Positions 26,855-36,889 of a stretch of DNA of 64,000 nucleotides are shown here, piece by piece. The position numbers were made by a program, and so were the translations under genes. Origin of the DNA: Balneolales bacterium (GTDB lineage: Bacteria; Bacteroidota; Rhodothermia; Balneolales; HLUCCA01); assembly GCA_024711145.1 (NCBI GenBank), contig JANJTJ010000002.1:31593-95592 (forward strand), read 5' to 3'. Each line of letters opens with the position of its first letter. The stretch's first letter is position 1. The notes under the pieces are model-generated. The model was not told the origin of the DNA, did no database searches, and worked only from the letters and a program-made list of their open reading frames with translations.

Positions 26855-28206
26855 TCGATGTGGTAGGTCTGGGGGAACATGTCCACCGGTTGCACTTCGA
26901 GGGTTTCGTAGACCTCGTTCAATAGGGCCAGGTCGCGGGCCATGGTGCTGGAATTGCAGCTCACATAGGCGATTCGGGGGATGCGCAACTCGGCGATGCG
27001 GGCCACCACGTCGGCATGCATGCCGGCCCTGGGCGGATCGGTGATGAGCACGTCGGGAATGTCTGAAAAGGTGTCTTTGACGTCGCCCAACACGAATTCG
27101 ACGTTGGTCACGCCGTTGCGGTCGCGGTTGGCTTCGGCATTGCGGATGGAGACCGGGTTGAGCTCGATGCCGGTGACCCGCCGCACGTTCGGACTCGCAT
27201 ACATGCTGATGCTGCCCACCCCGCAGTAGAGATCCACCAGGTGGTCGGTCGGCCGCAGGTCCGCATAGGCTACGGCGGTGGCATACAGGCGTTCGGCCAT
27301 GGGCGTGTTGGTCTGGAAGAAGGCGTTGGCGCCGATCTCGTAGGTATGCGGTCCCAACCGCTCGCGGATGACACCCGGACCGAACAGGACCCGCTCGTAC
27401 CGGCCAACCGAGGTGGGCGAGGGGGTGTCGTTCACGTTCTGGACCACGGTGGTGATGTGCGGAAAAGCGGCAAGCAGGGCATCCACCAGAGGACCCGTGA
27501 TGGTTTCGTCTTCCCCGTTGGTCACCAGGTTCACCATCAGGTCGCCGGTATGCTGCCCATTGCGCACCATGAGGTTGCGTAGGAATCCGTGTTTCTTGAC
27601 CGGATTGTAGGGCGCAATGCCGTGCCGTACCGCATAGGTGCGCAGCCAATCGAGCAGGGCGTAGGAGACCGGGTCCTGCAGGTGGCATTCGCGCAGGTCG
27701 AGCACTTTGTCGTATCGGCCGGGCGCATGCAGCCCCAAGGCCACGCCGTCCGAATCAATCGGCGCACCCGATGCGATTTCTTCGGGGGTGAGCCAACGCC
27801 GGTCGGCGAAGGTGTACTCCATCTTGTTGCGGTAGCCGAAGGTGCGGCCGTCCGAAAGGGTGGGATGCGGGTCGATATGGTGCAGGCCACCGATGCGGTG
27901 CAGGTGGTCGCGCACGTGGGCCCGCTTGAAATCGGACTGGGCCGGATAGGCCACGTGTTGCCAGGTGCATCCGCCGCAATGCGATGCGTGGGAGCAACGG
28001 GGGACGATGCGGTCGGGACCCGGTTCGAGCACGTCGAGCAGGGTGCCTTCGGCGAAGTTGGATTTCTTGCGGTCGATGCGGACACGCGCCAGGTCGCCGG
28101 GCGCCGTGCCGGGCACGAACACCGCCAATCCGTCTGCCCGCCCGATGCCTTTGCCTTCGTATGCCGCCGCGTCGATGCGCAGCGGCAGGATGTCACCTTT
28201 CTTCAC
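26827..28206 (-). CDS. rlmD: 23S rRNA (uracil-C5)-methyltransferase RlmD/RumA family
   Basis: A TRAM domain, an Fe-S Cys cluster (CSHASHCGGCTWQH), an SAM fold (DLYCGVGS, DPPRAG) and YVSCN. Confidence 0.85.
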   Translation of the reverse strand: MKKGDILPLRIDAAAYEGKGIGRADGLAVFVPGTAPGDLARVRIDRKKSNFAEGTLLDVLEPGPDRIVPRCSHASHCGGCTWQHVAYPAQSDFKRAHVRDHLHRIGGLHHIDPHPTLSDGRTFGYRNKMEYTFADRRWLTPEEIASGAPIDSDGVALGLHAPGRYDKVLDLRECHLQDPVSYALLDWLRTYAVRHGIAPYNPVKKHGFLRNLMVRNGQHTGDLMVNLVTNGEDETITGPLVDALLAAFPHITTVVQNVNDTPSPTSVGRYERVLFGPGVIRERLGPHTYEIGANAFFQTNTPMAERLYATAVAYADLRPTDHLVDLYCGVGSISMYASPNVRRVTGIELNPVSIRNAEANRDRNGVTNVEFVLGDVKDTFSDIPDVLITDPPRAGMHADVVARIAELRIPRIAYVSCNSSTMARDLALLNEVYETLEVQPVDMFPQTYHIECVAKLRLR

Positions 28207-28735
28207 CCGGCGACCCGTGGTAATAGGTTTCGAACTGGAGCGAGAAGGCCGTGGCCTCGCCGGCGTGCTTGATCAGGCTGTGTACCGTGACCTGCAACTG
28301 CTTGAGGGCGATCATGTTCAGTGTGGTCAGGAATTTGACGCCGATCTTGGGATACCGTTTGGCCAGGGTGTCCAGATCGGGTTTGAAAAAACCGTAAAGC
28401 ACGGCGTCGGTCACGCATCGGGCCGACGACATGCGCCGCATGTCGTAACCGATGCTCAAGGCACCGAAGCTTTCGGGGGCTTCCAGGCGGAAGACGGGCT
28501 TGTCGTCCGATTCGGCCTCGGCGGGCGATTCCACCACCAATTCCACCACGCCTTCCTCGATGATGTACAACCCCGTGCCGGGGTCGCCCTGGTAGTAGAT
28601 GTGTTCGCCGGCCTTGTAGGTGCGGCGGTTGCACAAACCCAGAAAGGCGGCCCGCTCGATGGGGCTCATGGCTTGCAGGATGCGGGCTCGGAGCAAGACG
28701 TTGGACCGGTTGCGGAATTCGGTGTAGAGGGACAT
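28193..28735 (-). CDS. Stand-alone cyclic-nucleotide-binding domain protein (180 aa)
   Basis: YKAGEHIYYQGDPGTGLYIIEEGVVELV...FGALS fits the cNMP-binding beta-roll. No output domain is present. Confidence 0.7.
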   Translation of the reverse strand: MSLYTEFRNRSNVLLRARILQAMSPIERAAFLGLCNRRTYKAGEHIYYQGDPGTGLYIIEEGVVELVVESPAEAESDDKPVFRLEAPESFGALSIGYDMRRMSSARCVTDAVLYGFFKPDLDTLAKRYPKIGVKFLTTLNMIALKQLQVTVHSLIKHAGEATAFSLQFETYYHGSPGEER

Positions 28736-28745
28736 GGCCGGTGGT

Positions 28746-31016
28746 TCAGAAAGTGTGACCGATACCGAAGTGAATATACGGTCGGCGGTCTTGCAGCCAT
28801 TTGTCGCCGAAGCCGCCCGGTACGCTCGGGTCTATGGCCCGGTAGGCCGCATCGATGCGGAAGATGACGTATTCCCAATCCAACCTGACCCCGTAACCGA
28901 TGCCCACGGCCAACTCCTGGTGGAAACGGTCGGCCCGGAACCGCCCTTCGCGGAACTGGGACCGGGGGCCGTACCAGATGTTGCCGGTATCGGCGAAGAA
29001 GGCGGCATGCCAATCGGTGCTCAGGAAATTGCGCAGCAGCAATTGCCGCACTTCCAGGAAGGAGGCCAGCTTGATGTCGCCTCCGTTGAAGGTGACCTGG
29101 TTGTTGGGTACCGAGCCCGGACCCAACCGCAGGGGTGCCCACCCGCGGATGTCGTTGCTGCCCCCGGCGAAGAAACGTCGGTTGAGCGGGATGGTGGGGC
29201 TGGTGCCGTACGCATAGGCCATGCCCCCGAAAAAGCGCCAACCGATGACGGTGGTTTCGGTGACAGGCCAGTACCTACGGTGGTCCAATGTGGCTTTGAT
29301 GAACCGGGAATAGCTCAGGGTGGTGTCGCTGGCCGTGAAACTGGGGATGGTGCCTTGCAAGGGCTCGCCCGGCCGCACCAGATACCGTTCGATCAGGAAG
29401 GGGATGTTGCCCCCGGTTTCTATGGACATCTCATTGTAGAATCCCCGGTTCCGGCGCACCAGGTCGGTATTCAGCATGCGGTGGGTGTACCGCAGGTTCG
29501 AACCGAACTGCTGGGAGAAGTCGTTCAGGATGAGTTCCACCTGCAGCGGATCCAGATTCTCGTTGTTCTCCAACTGGTCGCGGAAGCGCTGGCTAGGGCT
29601 CGCATCCAACCAATCCAGTTCCAACAGGTCCAGTTCGCTCTGCAGGTTGGCCCGGTGCTGCACCGTGTAGCGCATGTTGAACCGGATGTTGGCATTCACG
29701 GTGAAATTGAGCTGGTTGATCCGCGCCAGGGTGATGCCGTAGAGGGTCCGGGACTGCACGTAGAAATCGCGGTCGTTGAAGCTGCGGAACGGGAAGTTGA
29801 GCCGGGGAACCGAATAATTGACGCTGGCCTCGGCACTCTGCAGCAAGCCCTCGGCCACCTGCGGCGCGTTCTCGAAACTGCCTTTTGCGCTCACTTCCAG
29901 CAATTCGGCGTTTCCGAACAGGTTGTTGTTCGAATAGGTGATACCCGCGCCCGCGCCGAACCCGAACCGCTGCATGCCGAACACATCCATGCGGATGCGT
30001 TGGCGCGGAATGGTTTGCAGGTCCACCCGCACGGGCAGGGCCTCGCCACTGAAATCGGGCAATCCTCCGTCTTCGTTCAACGAGAATTGGCGCACGTTCA
30101 CCATGCCCAGGTTCTGGTAGCGACGGATGGTGCGCAGGTATCGGTCGTGGTTGTACCGCTCGCCCGGCGTGAACATCACGTTGCCATACAGCAACCGGAA
30201 CCGAGAGAGGGCTTCGTCTTCCTTGCGCATGATGATGCGCGTGCCGTTGGTGGTGTGCGGCGGCCCTTCCAAGGTATCCATCCGCATGGTGTCGAATCCC
30301 ATGCCCGGACCCTCCAGATTCAGGTACACATCTCCGAAGGTGTACACCCGGCCCGGATAGACCAGGTACAGCAGGTCCACCCGGTATGGGTTGGTCGAAT
30401 CGCGGGCCACGATGGCACGCACCGAATCGTACACCACCGAGGCGTACCCCTGGTTCTTGAGCAGGTCGGTGAGGGCTTGCCGCTCGGCCCCGATCCGTTC
30501 GTACGTGAGGGGTTGGTCGGTGGCGAAGGTGGTATCGTCGATCTGCCGCTCCACCAGCGTGCTCCGCCTGAAATAGCGGGCCATCACGTCCGGGTTGTCG
30601 AACTCGGGCAGGCCGCTGTAGGCCACCCGCCGGATCCGCGTCTGCCGCCCCTCACGGATCAGGAAGCTGACTTCCACCCGGTTCGGTCCGAAAGCCGCCA
30701 CGATGGTGTCCACTTCGGCATCCAGATATCCGATCGACCGATAGTAGGTCTGAAGCCGGATGATGTCGGCACCGACCACCGTCCGGTCCAGCAGGGTGGG
30801 TTCCTCCCCCCAGCGGGTGTTCAGGTTGTTCAGCCAGAGCCAGAGCTTGAACCCCGGAATGCTGAACAACTCCCGGTTCTGCTGGGTGCGCACCAGCGTG
30901 AGCAGGGTGGTACCGTCCACCGCTTCATTACCGGTGAAGCGAACCCGGTCGACCACGGGTTGGGCGGCGGCCGAAACCGCCGCCAAGAGCCAGATCAGGA
31001 GTGCGAGGGACCGCAC
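28746..31016 (-). CDS. bamA: Omp85/BamA-family outer membrane protein assembly factor
   Basis: Signal peptide (AAVSAAA|Q), POTRA-like repeats (VDRVRFTGNEAV...) and a C-terminal barrel with FFAGGSNDIRGW, ending IHFGIGHTF. Confidence 0.85.
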   Translation of the reverse strand: MRSLALLIWLLAAVSAAAQPVVDRVRFTGNEAVDGTTLLTLVRTQQNRELFSIPGFKLWLWLNNLNTRWGEEPTLLDRTVVGADIIRLQTYYRSIGYLDAEVDTIVAAFGPNRVEVSFLIREGRQTRIRRVAYSGLPEFDNPDVMARYFRRSTLVERQIDDTTFATDQPLTYERIGAERQALTDLLKNQGYASVVYDSVRAIVARDSTNPYRVDLLYLVYPGRVYTFGDVYLNLEGPGMGFDTMRMDTLEGPPHTTNGTRIIMRKEDEALSRFRLLYGNVMFTPGERYNHDRYLRTIRRYQNLGMVNVRQFSLNEDGGLPDFSGEALPVRVDLQTIPRQRIRMDVFGMQRFGFGAGAGITYSNNNLFGNAELLEVSAKGSFENAPQVAEGLLQSAEASVNYSVPRLNFPFRSFNDRDFYVQSRTLYGITLARINQLNFTVNANIRFNMRYTVQHRANLQSELDLLELDWLDASPSQRFRDQLENNENLDPLQVELILNDFSQQFGSNLRYTHRMLNTDLVRRNRGFYNEMSIETGGNIPFLIERYLVRPGEPLQGTIPSFTASDTTLSYSRFIKATLDHRRYWPVTETTVIGWRFFGGMAYAYGTSPTIPLNRRFFAGGSNDIRGWAPLRLGPGSVPNNQVTFNGGDIKLASFLEVRQLLLRNFLSTDWHAAFFADTGNIWYGPRSQFREGRFRADRFHQELAVGIGYGVRLDWEYVIFRIDAAYRAIDPSVPGGFGDKWLQDRRPYIHFGIGHTF

Positions 31017-31262
31017 TCAGACATCGTCGTAATCGAAGCCTTCTTCGTCCTCACCATGGAAGAAATCCTCTTTCATGATGTAATCGGGCCAGATTTCTTC
31101 GATGTTCTCGTACGGCGTGTCGTCCTCTTCCTCCAGTTCATAGAGGTTGTCGATCACTTGCTGGGGGCAGCCGTTGCGCTCCGCCCATTCGATCAGTTCG
31201 TTGCGGGTTGCGGGCCAAGGGGCCTCTTCGAGTGTGGCGGCGAGTTCTACGGTCCAGATCAT
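31017..31262 (-). CDS. DUF2795-like small acidic protein (81 aa)
   Basis: [43 protein letters not shown] resembles DUF2795 (FPA.K.ELI..A). Its stop codon abuts the bamA start. The longer ORF-track start (31373) lies upstream of the predicted -7 box. Confidence 0.5.
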   Translation of the reverse strand: MIWTVELAATLEEAPWPATRNELIEWAERNGCPQQVIDNLYELEEEDDTPYENIEEIWPDYIMKEDFFHGEDEEGFDYDDV

Positions 31263-31361
31263 GGGGATACCCTCGGTATGGTCGATGGGATAAAAGGAAA
31301 CATCGGCGAGAAATCCAAGCTGCTTATCTTCAGCCCGAAATACCCTCCGCGCGACGGCGCG

Positions 31362-31369
31362 CAAATATA
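31362..31369 (-). promoter_or_regulatory. Bacteroidetes-type -7 box (TATATTTG) for the DUF2795-bamA string
   Basis: An exact TAnnTTTG match on the minus strand, in the AT-rich divergent tatA/bamA-side intergenic region. Confidence 0.45.
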
Positions 31370-31384
31370 TCAATAAAGACCATC

Positions 31385-31594
31385 ATGGGAATAGGTGCAG
31401 TTGAATGGTTGGTGATCGTGTTGATCATCCTCCTGCTCTTCGGGGCGAAAAAGATTCCGGAACTGGCCCGCGGCCTCGGGCAGGGCATTTCCGAATTCCG
31501 CAAAGCCTCCACCGAAATCCGCAAGGAGATCGAGAAAGGAGCCCAGGAACCTACCGAACCTGTCAAGAAGAACAACGACACGACCGTATCGTGA
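31385..31594 (+). CDS. tatA: Twin-arginine translocase subunit TatA/E
   Basis: [41 protein letters not shown] is a canonical TatA sequence. Confidence 0.93.
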   Translation: MGIGAVEWLVIVLIILLLFGAKKIPELARGLGQGISEFRKASTEIRKEIEKGAQEPTEPVKKNNDTTVS

Positions 31595-32988
31595 CCCTAC
31601 CTGAGCGCGTTTCCGCGTATTTCGACGCCATTCGGGCCAGGAACGGAGAGGTGAACGCCTTCGTGCGCACCTACGAGGCCGAGGCGATGGCCGAGGCGGA
31701 GTCGGTGCAGCGCAAGATCGATGCCGGAACGGCGGGTCCGTTGGCGGGCATGGTCATGGGCATCAAGGATGTGATCAGCGAGAAAGGCCGCATCACCTCC
31801 TGCGCCTCGGGCATCCTGCGCGAGTTCGAGGCCGTGTACGACGCCACCGTCATCGAGCGGCTGAAAGCCGCCGATGCCGTGCTCATCGGCCGCCTGAACA
31901 TGGACGAGTTCGCCATGGGCTCCTCCAACGAACATTCCATCTACGGGCCCACCCGCAACCCGCACGATTTGAGCCGGGTGCCGGGCGGGTCGTCCGGCGG
32001 CAGTGCCGCGGCCGTCGCGGCCGGTTTCTGCGACGCCACCCTGGGCTCCGACACGGGCGGTTCGGTACGGCAACCCGCCGGTTTCTGCGGCGTGGTGGGG
32101 CTCAAACCCAGCTACGGGCGCGTCTCGCGGCACGGCCTGGTAGCCTACGCCTCCAGTTTCGACAGCATCGGGCCGCTCAGCCGCACCGTGGAGGAATCGG
32201 CCCGCATCCTGGAAGTGATCGCCGGGGAAGACGCCCACGACATGACCTGCTCGCGCAAACCGGTAGGGGAGTATGTGGCCGCCACCCGGCAGTCCATCCG
32301 AGGTTTGCGCATCGGCGTGCCCGACGAATACTTCGGCGAAGGGCTGGATCCGCACATCCGCACCCGCATCATGGACCTGGTAGCCCGGTTCGAGGCGGAT
32401 GGTGCGGTCATCGTGCCCTGCAGGCTTCCCCATTCCGCCTACGCCATCGCCACCTACTACATCCTGGCCACCGCCGAGGCCTCCAGCAACCTGGCCCGCT
32501 TCGACGGCATCCGCTACGGGCACCGGGCCGCGAAACTGCCCGCCGGCGACGAATCGGCCTTGCTGCGCCTGTACAAACAGAGCCGTTCGGAAGGATTCGG
32601 AACCGAGGTCAAGAAACGTATCATGTTGGGCACCTATGTGTTGAGCGCCGGCTATTACGAGGCATACTACGGTAAGGCCCAGCGAGTGCGGCGTCTCATC
32701 CAGGAGGATTTCAAGCGGGCATTCAGCCAGTGCGACGTGCTCATTTCGCCCATCGCACCCACCACGGCGTTTCCCATCGGAGAGCATCCGGACGACCCCG
32801 TGGCCATGTATCTGAACGACATCTACACCATCAGTGCCAACCTGGCGGGCATCTGCGGCATCAGTGTGCCGGCGGGTACCCATCCGGATGACGGCCTGCC
32901 CATCGGCGTGCAATTCATGGCCGATGCCTTCCGCGAGGAGGACCTCCTGCGGGCGGCGGCTCACGTCGAACGCATCCGGGAGGCCTGA
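31591..32988 (+). CDS. gatA: Glutamyl/aspartyl-tRNA amidotransferase subunit A
   Basis: Amidase signature [14 protein letters not shown]...[12 protein letters not shown]. The GTG start at 31591 overlaps the tatA stop. Confidence 0.92.
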   Translation: MTLPERVSAYFDAIRARNGEVNAFVRTYEAEAMAEAESVQRKIDAGTAGPLAGMVMGIKDVISEKGRITSCASGILREFEAVYDATVIERLKAADAVLIGRLNMDEFAMGSSNEHSIYGPTRNPHDLSRVPGGSSGGSAAAVAAGFCDATLGSDTGGSVRQPAGFCGVVGLKPSYGRVSRHGLVAYASSFDSIGPLSRTVEESARILEVIAGEDAHDMTCSRKPVGEYVAATRQSIRGLRIGVPDEYFGEGLDPHIRTRIMDLVARFEADGAVIVPCRLPHSAYAIATYYILATAEASSNLARFDGIRYGHRAAKLPAGDESALLRLYKQSRSEGFGTEVKKRIMLGTYVLSAGYYEAYYGKAQRVRRLIQEDFKRAFSQCDVLISPIAPTTAFPIGEHPDDPVAMYLNDIYTISANLAGICGISVPAGTHPDDGLPIGVQFMADAFREEDLLRAAAHVERIREA

Positions 32989-32989
32989 C

Positions 32990-33754
32990 ATGTCGGACCG
33001 CCTGGCCGGTAGAACGGCGGTCATCACCGGTGCCAGCGCCGGCATCGGAGCGGCGCTGGCGCGCCGCCTGGCCGCCCGGGGAACGCATCTGCATCTGCTG
33101 GCGCGCCGGGCCGGGCGCCTCGAAGCGCTCGCCGACGAGCTGCGCACCGGGCACGGCGTGCGTGCCACCACCCATGGGATAGACCTGCTCGACCTGGACG
33201 CCCTGCGGGCGTTCTGGCGCAATCTGCCCGCCGTGCCCGACATCGTGGTCAACAATGCCGGCATGGCGGCCGGCGCCGACCCCGTCGTTCTGGCCGACCC
33301 GGCCGACTGGGACCTCATGATGCGTACCAACGTGGCCGCCCTCATGGAGCTGAGCCGCCTGGCCGCCGTCGATTTCGCCGCGAGGGGCGGTGGTCATATC
33401 CTCAACGTGGGCAGTATCGCCGGGCACGACCCCTACCCGGGCGGATCGGGGTACAACGCCAGCAAGTTCGCAGTGGACGGCTTCACCCGTGCCCTCAAGA
33501 TGGAGATGATCCAGCACGGCGTACGCGTTTCCCTCATATCACCCGGCATGGTGGAGACCGAATTCTCCGAAGTCCGGTTCAAGGGCGATCGGGAACGGGC
33601 CGCAACGGTGTACAAAGGCATCGAAGCCCTCACGGCCGAAGACGTGGCCGAAATCATGGAATTCATTCTGGACCGCCCTCCCCATGTCGACATCCTGGAC
33701 GTGGTCGTCCATCCCACCCAGCAAGCCTCACCCTATCATGTCCATCGTTCCTGA
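32990..33754 (+). CDS. Short-chain dehydrogenase/reductase (YdfG-like)
   Basis: TGASAGIGAALA, NNAG and YNASKFAV match the classical SDR motifs. Confidence 0.85.
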   Translation: MSDRLAGRTAVITGASAGIGAALARRLAARGTHLHLLARRAGRLEALADELRTGHGVRATTHGIDLLDLDALRAFWRNLPAVPDIVVNNAGMAAGADPVVLADPADWDLMMRTNVAALMELSRLAAVDFAARGGGHILNVGSIAGHDPYPGGSGYNASKFAVDGFTRALKMEMIQHGVRVSLISPGMVETEFSEVRFKGDRERAATVYKGIEALTAEDVAEIMEFILDRPPHVDILDVVVHPTQQASPYHVHRS

Positions 33755-34739
33755 CCGTCTGTTCGCAGCATGCGCGGCCCTCGTGGTGCTGGCAGCCTGT
33801 TCCGACTCCCCGCAACCACCGGCCGGCCGGTTCGATTTCGTCAGGAAGGAGGGAGTGGCCCTTCCGTCGTTCTCGGCGGATTCGGCCTATGCCCACATCG
33901 CCGCGCAGGTCGCATTCGGGCCGCGCGTGCCCAATTCCGCCGCCCACACCGCCACCCGCGACTGGTATGTGCAGGTACTGAGCCGCCACGCCGGCGCCGC
34001 CAACGTGCATGTGCAATCGTTCACGGCCGAGGGGTACGGCGAGCGCCTCAACCTGTCGAATGTCATAGCCTCCTTCAATCCGGAAGCCGAAGAACGCATC
34101 CTCTTGGCGGCACATTGGGACACACGACCCCGCGCCGACCAGGACCCCGACCCCCTGAAAGCCACCCGGCCCATCCTCGGCGCCGACGACGGCGGTTCGG
34201 CCACCGGCGTGCTGCTCGAACTGGCCCGCATTTTCAGTGAGAATCCACCCCCCGTCGGTATCGACATCATCCTGCTGGATGGGGAGGACTATGGCGAAGA
34301 GGGCGACTTGGACCGCTATTTCCTGGGTTCGCGGCATTGGTCCAAGAATCCGGTCATTCCGGTTCCCATGAGCAAACCGCATCGCTTCGGCATCCTGCTC
34401 GACATGGTAGGCCATCCGGACGCCATTTTCCCCATGGAAGGCTTCTCCGTGTCCTACGCCCGCCCCTTGGTCAACGAGATCTGGTCGCTGGCCGCATCCA
34501 TGGGCCATGCCGACCGCTTCCTGGCGCGCGAAGGCCCGGCCGTGGCCGACGACCACATGATCCTGAACCAGGAAGCCGGCCTGCCCACCATCGACATCAT
34601 CCATTACGTGCCTGAGAACGGCGGCATGCGGTTCGGGCCGCATTGGCACACCCATGCCGACAACATGGACGCCATCTCCAAAGAAACCCTGCAGGTGGTC
34701 GGAGATGTGATGGTCGCCTTTCTGTACACCCGCTTCTGA
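33738..34739 (+). CDS. M28-family lipoprotein, glutaminyl-peptide cyclotransferase-like
   Basis: Lipobox (ALVVLAAC|SD). ILLAAHWDTRPRAD...ILGADDGGSATGVLLELARI...IDIILLDGEDYG resembles the Bacteroidetes type II glutaminyl cyclase branch of M28. Confidence 0.6.
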   Translation: MSIVPDRLFAACAALVVLAACSDSPQPPAGRFDFVRKEGVALPSFSADSAYAHIAAQVAFGPRVPNSAAHTATRDWYVQVLSRHAGAANVHVQSFTAEGYGERLNLSNVIASFNPEAEERILLAAHWDTRPRADQDPDPLKATRPILGADDGGSATGVLLELARIFSENPPPVGIDIILLDGEDYGEEGDLDRYFLGSRHWSKNPVIPVPMSKPHRFGILLDMVGHPDAIFPMEGFSVSYARPLVNEIWSLAASMGHADRFLAREGPAVADDHMILNQEAGLPTIDIIHYVPENGGMRFGPHWHTHADNMDAISKETLQVVGDVMVAFLYTRF

Positions 34740-34740
34740 C

Positions 34741-35592
34741 ATGGATACCAACATCGATTGGATCGCGCTGGACATCGTCATCTCCGACGATTGGCAAGAC
34801 ATCCTCATCGGCGAGATGGATGAATGGGGATTCGAAGGCTTCGAACAGGAGACGGACCGTCTGGTGGCCTACATACCCGCCAGCCGCCTGGACGACAGCA
34901 TCCGTGAAGACCTCGAGCGGTGGTTGGCCGCCCATGGCCGGGGTGCGCACATAGCGGCCGAACGGGCCTACGCGCCGCGGAACTGGAACGAGGAATGGGA
35001 GCGCACCATCCAACCCATGGAAGTGGGGCCGTTCTGGGTCCACCCGAGTTGGTACCCGGGCGACAAGCCCGCCCATCTGACCGCCTTGGAAATCGATCCC
35101 AAAATGGCCTTCGGTACCGGATACCACGAAACCACGCGGTTGCTCCTGCGCGCCCTGGACGGGTTGGTGCGGCCGGGCGTTAGCGTGCTGGACGTGGGAA
35201 CCGGCACCGGCATACTGGCCATAGCCGCCTTGCGGTTGGGAGCCGGGTCGGCCTTCGGCTTCGACATCGACGAATGGAGTGCGGTGAACGCCACCGAAAA
35301 CGCCTGGCTCAACGGAGTGCAAGACCGGTTCTCGGTGGCCGAGGGCAGTTTCGAAACGGTTCCCGAGGGTGCCATTTACGGCCTGGTCTTCGCCAACGTG
35401 ATCCGCGACATGCTGCTCACCTACGCTGAGGAAATCATAGCTACGGTAGCTCCGGGTGGCGACCTGCTGCTCAGCGGCCTGCTGGCCGGCGACCGGAGCG
35501 CCATCCTCGCACATCCGCCTTATGCGGCCCTGCAGACCGTAGCCGTGACCGGCGAAGGCGATTGGATCGCCATCCATCTGCGCAAGCCGTGA
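34741..35592 (+). CDS. prmA: Ribosomal protein L11 methyltransferase
   Basis: WEEWERTIQP-type core (NWNEEWERTIQPMEVG), IDPKMAFGTGYHETT and LDVGTGTGILA. Confidence 0.88.
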   Translation: MDTNIDWIALDIVISDDWQDILIGEMDEWGFEGFEQETDRLVAYIPASRLDDSIREDLERWLAAHGRGAHIAAERAYAPRNWNEEWERTIQPMEVGPFWVHPSWYPGDKPAHLTALEIDPKMAFGTGYHETTRLLLRALDGLVRPGVSVLDVGTGTGILAIAALRLGAGSAFGFDIDEWSAVNATENAWLNGVQDRFSVAEGSFETVPEGAIYGLVFANVIRDMLLTYAEEIIATVAPGGDLLLSGLLAGDRSAILAHPPYAALQTVAVTGEGDWIAIHLRKP

Positions 35593-36479
35593 CCGCGGCC
35601 GCCGTCGATATCGGCACCAATACCGTGCTGCTGCTGGTGGGTACCGTGCGCAACGGCCGCCTGCAGGTGCATCATGAAGAGCAACGCATTCCGCGGTTGG
35701 GCAAAGGTGCCGATGCCACCGGTTGGCTGGCACCCGACCGCATGGAAGCCGTCTGTGCCGTACTGGCCGAGTATCGGGATCTCGTGTACGCCCGGTTCGG
35801 GGAAATCCCCATTCTGGTCACGGCCACCGCGGCCGTACGCGATGCCTCCAACCGCATCGAATTCCTTTGGATGGTGGAGTCCGCCACCGGCCTGCGCATC
35901 CGCATCCTCAGCGGGGAGGAGGAGGCGCGCATCACCCGGCGCGGCGCCCTGAGCCGGATCGACGTGGCCGAACCCGTAGCCGTACTGGACATCGGAGGCG
36001 GCAGTACGGAATGGGCGGCCGATATCCGGTTCAGTCTGCCTCTGGGCTCGGTCCGCGTGGCGGAGCGTTTCGGCCTGGTGCCGCCGGTCGCGCGGGCCGA
36101 TTGGCAGGACGTGAGAGACGGGATCGGCCGGCGCCTGCGCGAGGCGGGCCTGGGCACCTACACAGGCACCGTGGTCGGTGTGGCGGGCACGGCCACCGTG
36201 CTCGGGCGGGTGCTGGGTACCGACCGCCTGCGCAAGGATGCGCTCGAAGCGCTGGCCGACCGATGGATCGGCTCCGACCCCGAGCGGATCACGGCCGAAC
36301 TACCAGAAGTGCTGGCGGGCCGCGGCGATGTGATCCTGGCCGGGTTGACCATCCTGCTGGCCGTTTGCGATACGACCGGGGTGGGGGAGTGCCGGGTTTC
36401 GGACGGGGGGATCCGCCACGGCTGGTTGTTCGAGTGGGCTGAAAACGGCGAGGGGCTCCTGGGAGCCCCTCGCGTGTAA
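35589..36479 (+). CDS. Ppx/GppA-family phosphatase (exopolyphosphatase-like, two-domain form)
   Basis: AAVDIGTNTVLLLV, EEEARI and LDIGGGSTE are ASKHA-fold motifs. The GTG start overlaps the prmA stop. Confidence 0.78.
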   Translation: MTAAAVDIGTNTVLLLVGTVRNGRLQVHHEEQRIPRLGKGADATGWLAPDRMEAVCAVLAEYRDLVYARFGEIPILVTATAAVRDASNRIEFLWMVESATGLRIRILSGEEEARITRRGALSRIDVAEPVAVLDIGGGSTEWAADIRFSLPLGSVRVAERFGLVPPVARADWQDVRDGIGRRLREAGLGTYTGTVVGVAGTATVLGRVLGTDRLRKDALEALADRWIGSDPERITAELPEVLAGRGDVILAGLTILLAVCDTTGVGECRVSDGGIRHGWLFEWAENGEGLLGAPRV

Positions 36480-36761
36480 TCAACGATAATCGTTTCGACG
36501 GGGAGGGCGGGGCCGCTCCTCGCGTGGGCGAGCTTCGTTTACGACCAAGGCACGGCCTTGGTATTCGGCGCCATGGGTGGCTTCGATGGCCTCGCGGCCC
36601 TCGTCGTCATTGGCCATTTCGACAAACCCGAAACCGCGGCTACGGCCGGTTGCCCGGTCGATGATCACGGACGAGTTCGTCACTTCGCCGAATTGAGAAA
36701 ACATTTTGCGCAGCCCTTCCGAGTCAGTGGAGTACGGGAGGTTACCTACATAGATATTCAT
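36480..36761 (-). CDS. RRM-type RNA-binding protein (93 aa)
   Basis: MNIYVGNLPYSTDSEGLRKMF (RNP2) and RSRGFGFVEM (RNP1), with an Arg-rich tail. Confidence 0.92.
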   Translation of the reverse strand: MNIYVGNLPYSTDSEGLRKMFSQFGEVTNSSVIIDRATGRSRGFGFVEMANDDEGREAIEATHGAEYQGRALVVNEARPREERPRPPRRNDYR

Positions 36762-36852
36762 ACCGAGAGTTGATCCGTGCTTGTACCGTCGCAGTAACCA
36801 CCAATACCGAAGGAAGAACCACGTCACGTCGGAAGCACATACCGACGCATCC

Positions 36853-36860
36853 ACAAGATA
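36853..36860 (-). promoter_or_regulatory. -7-like box (TATCTTGT) for the RRM gene
   Basis: One mismatch to TAnnTTTG. It would give a 5' UTR of about 85-90 nt. Confidence 0.25.
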
Positions 36861-36889
36861 CACCGAATCTGTGCGAAAGAAACAAGTGC

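Noticed and set aside
24201-27688. N-terminal extensions in the ORF track. 24201..26204 is listed as 667 aa, 25385..27688 as 767 aa, 51418..53880 as 820 aa, 53103..56183 as 1026 aa and 16890..17639 as 249 aa.
   Set aside because: The extensions are Arg/Pro/Gly-rich junk overlapping the upstream gene or a tRNA. Internal ATGs that coincide with signal peptides, dinucleotide-binding folds or ATGA stop/start overlaps give proteins of normal family length.
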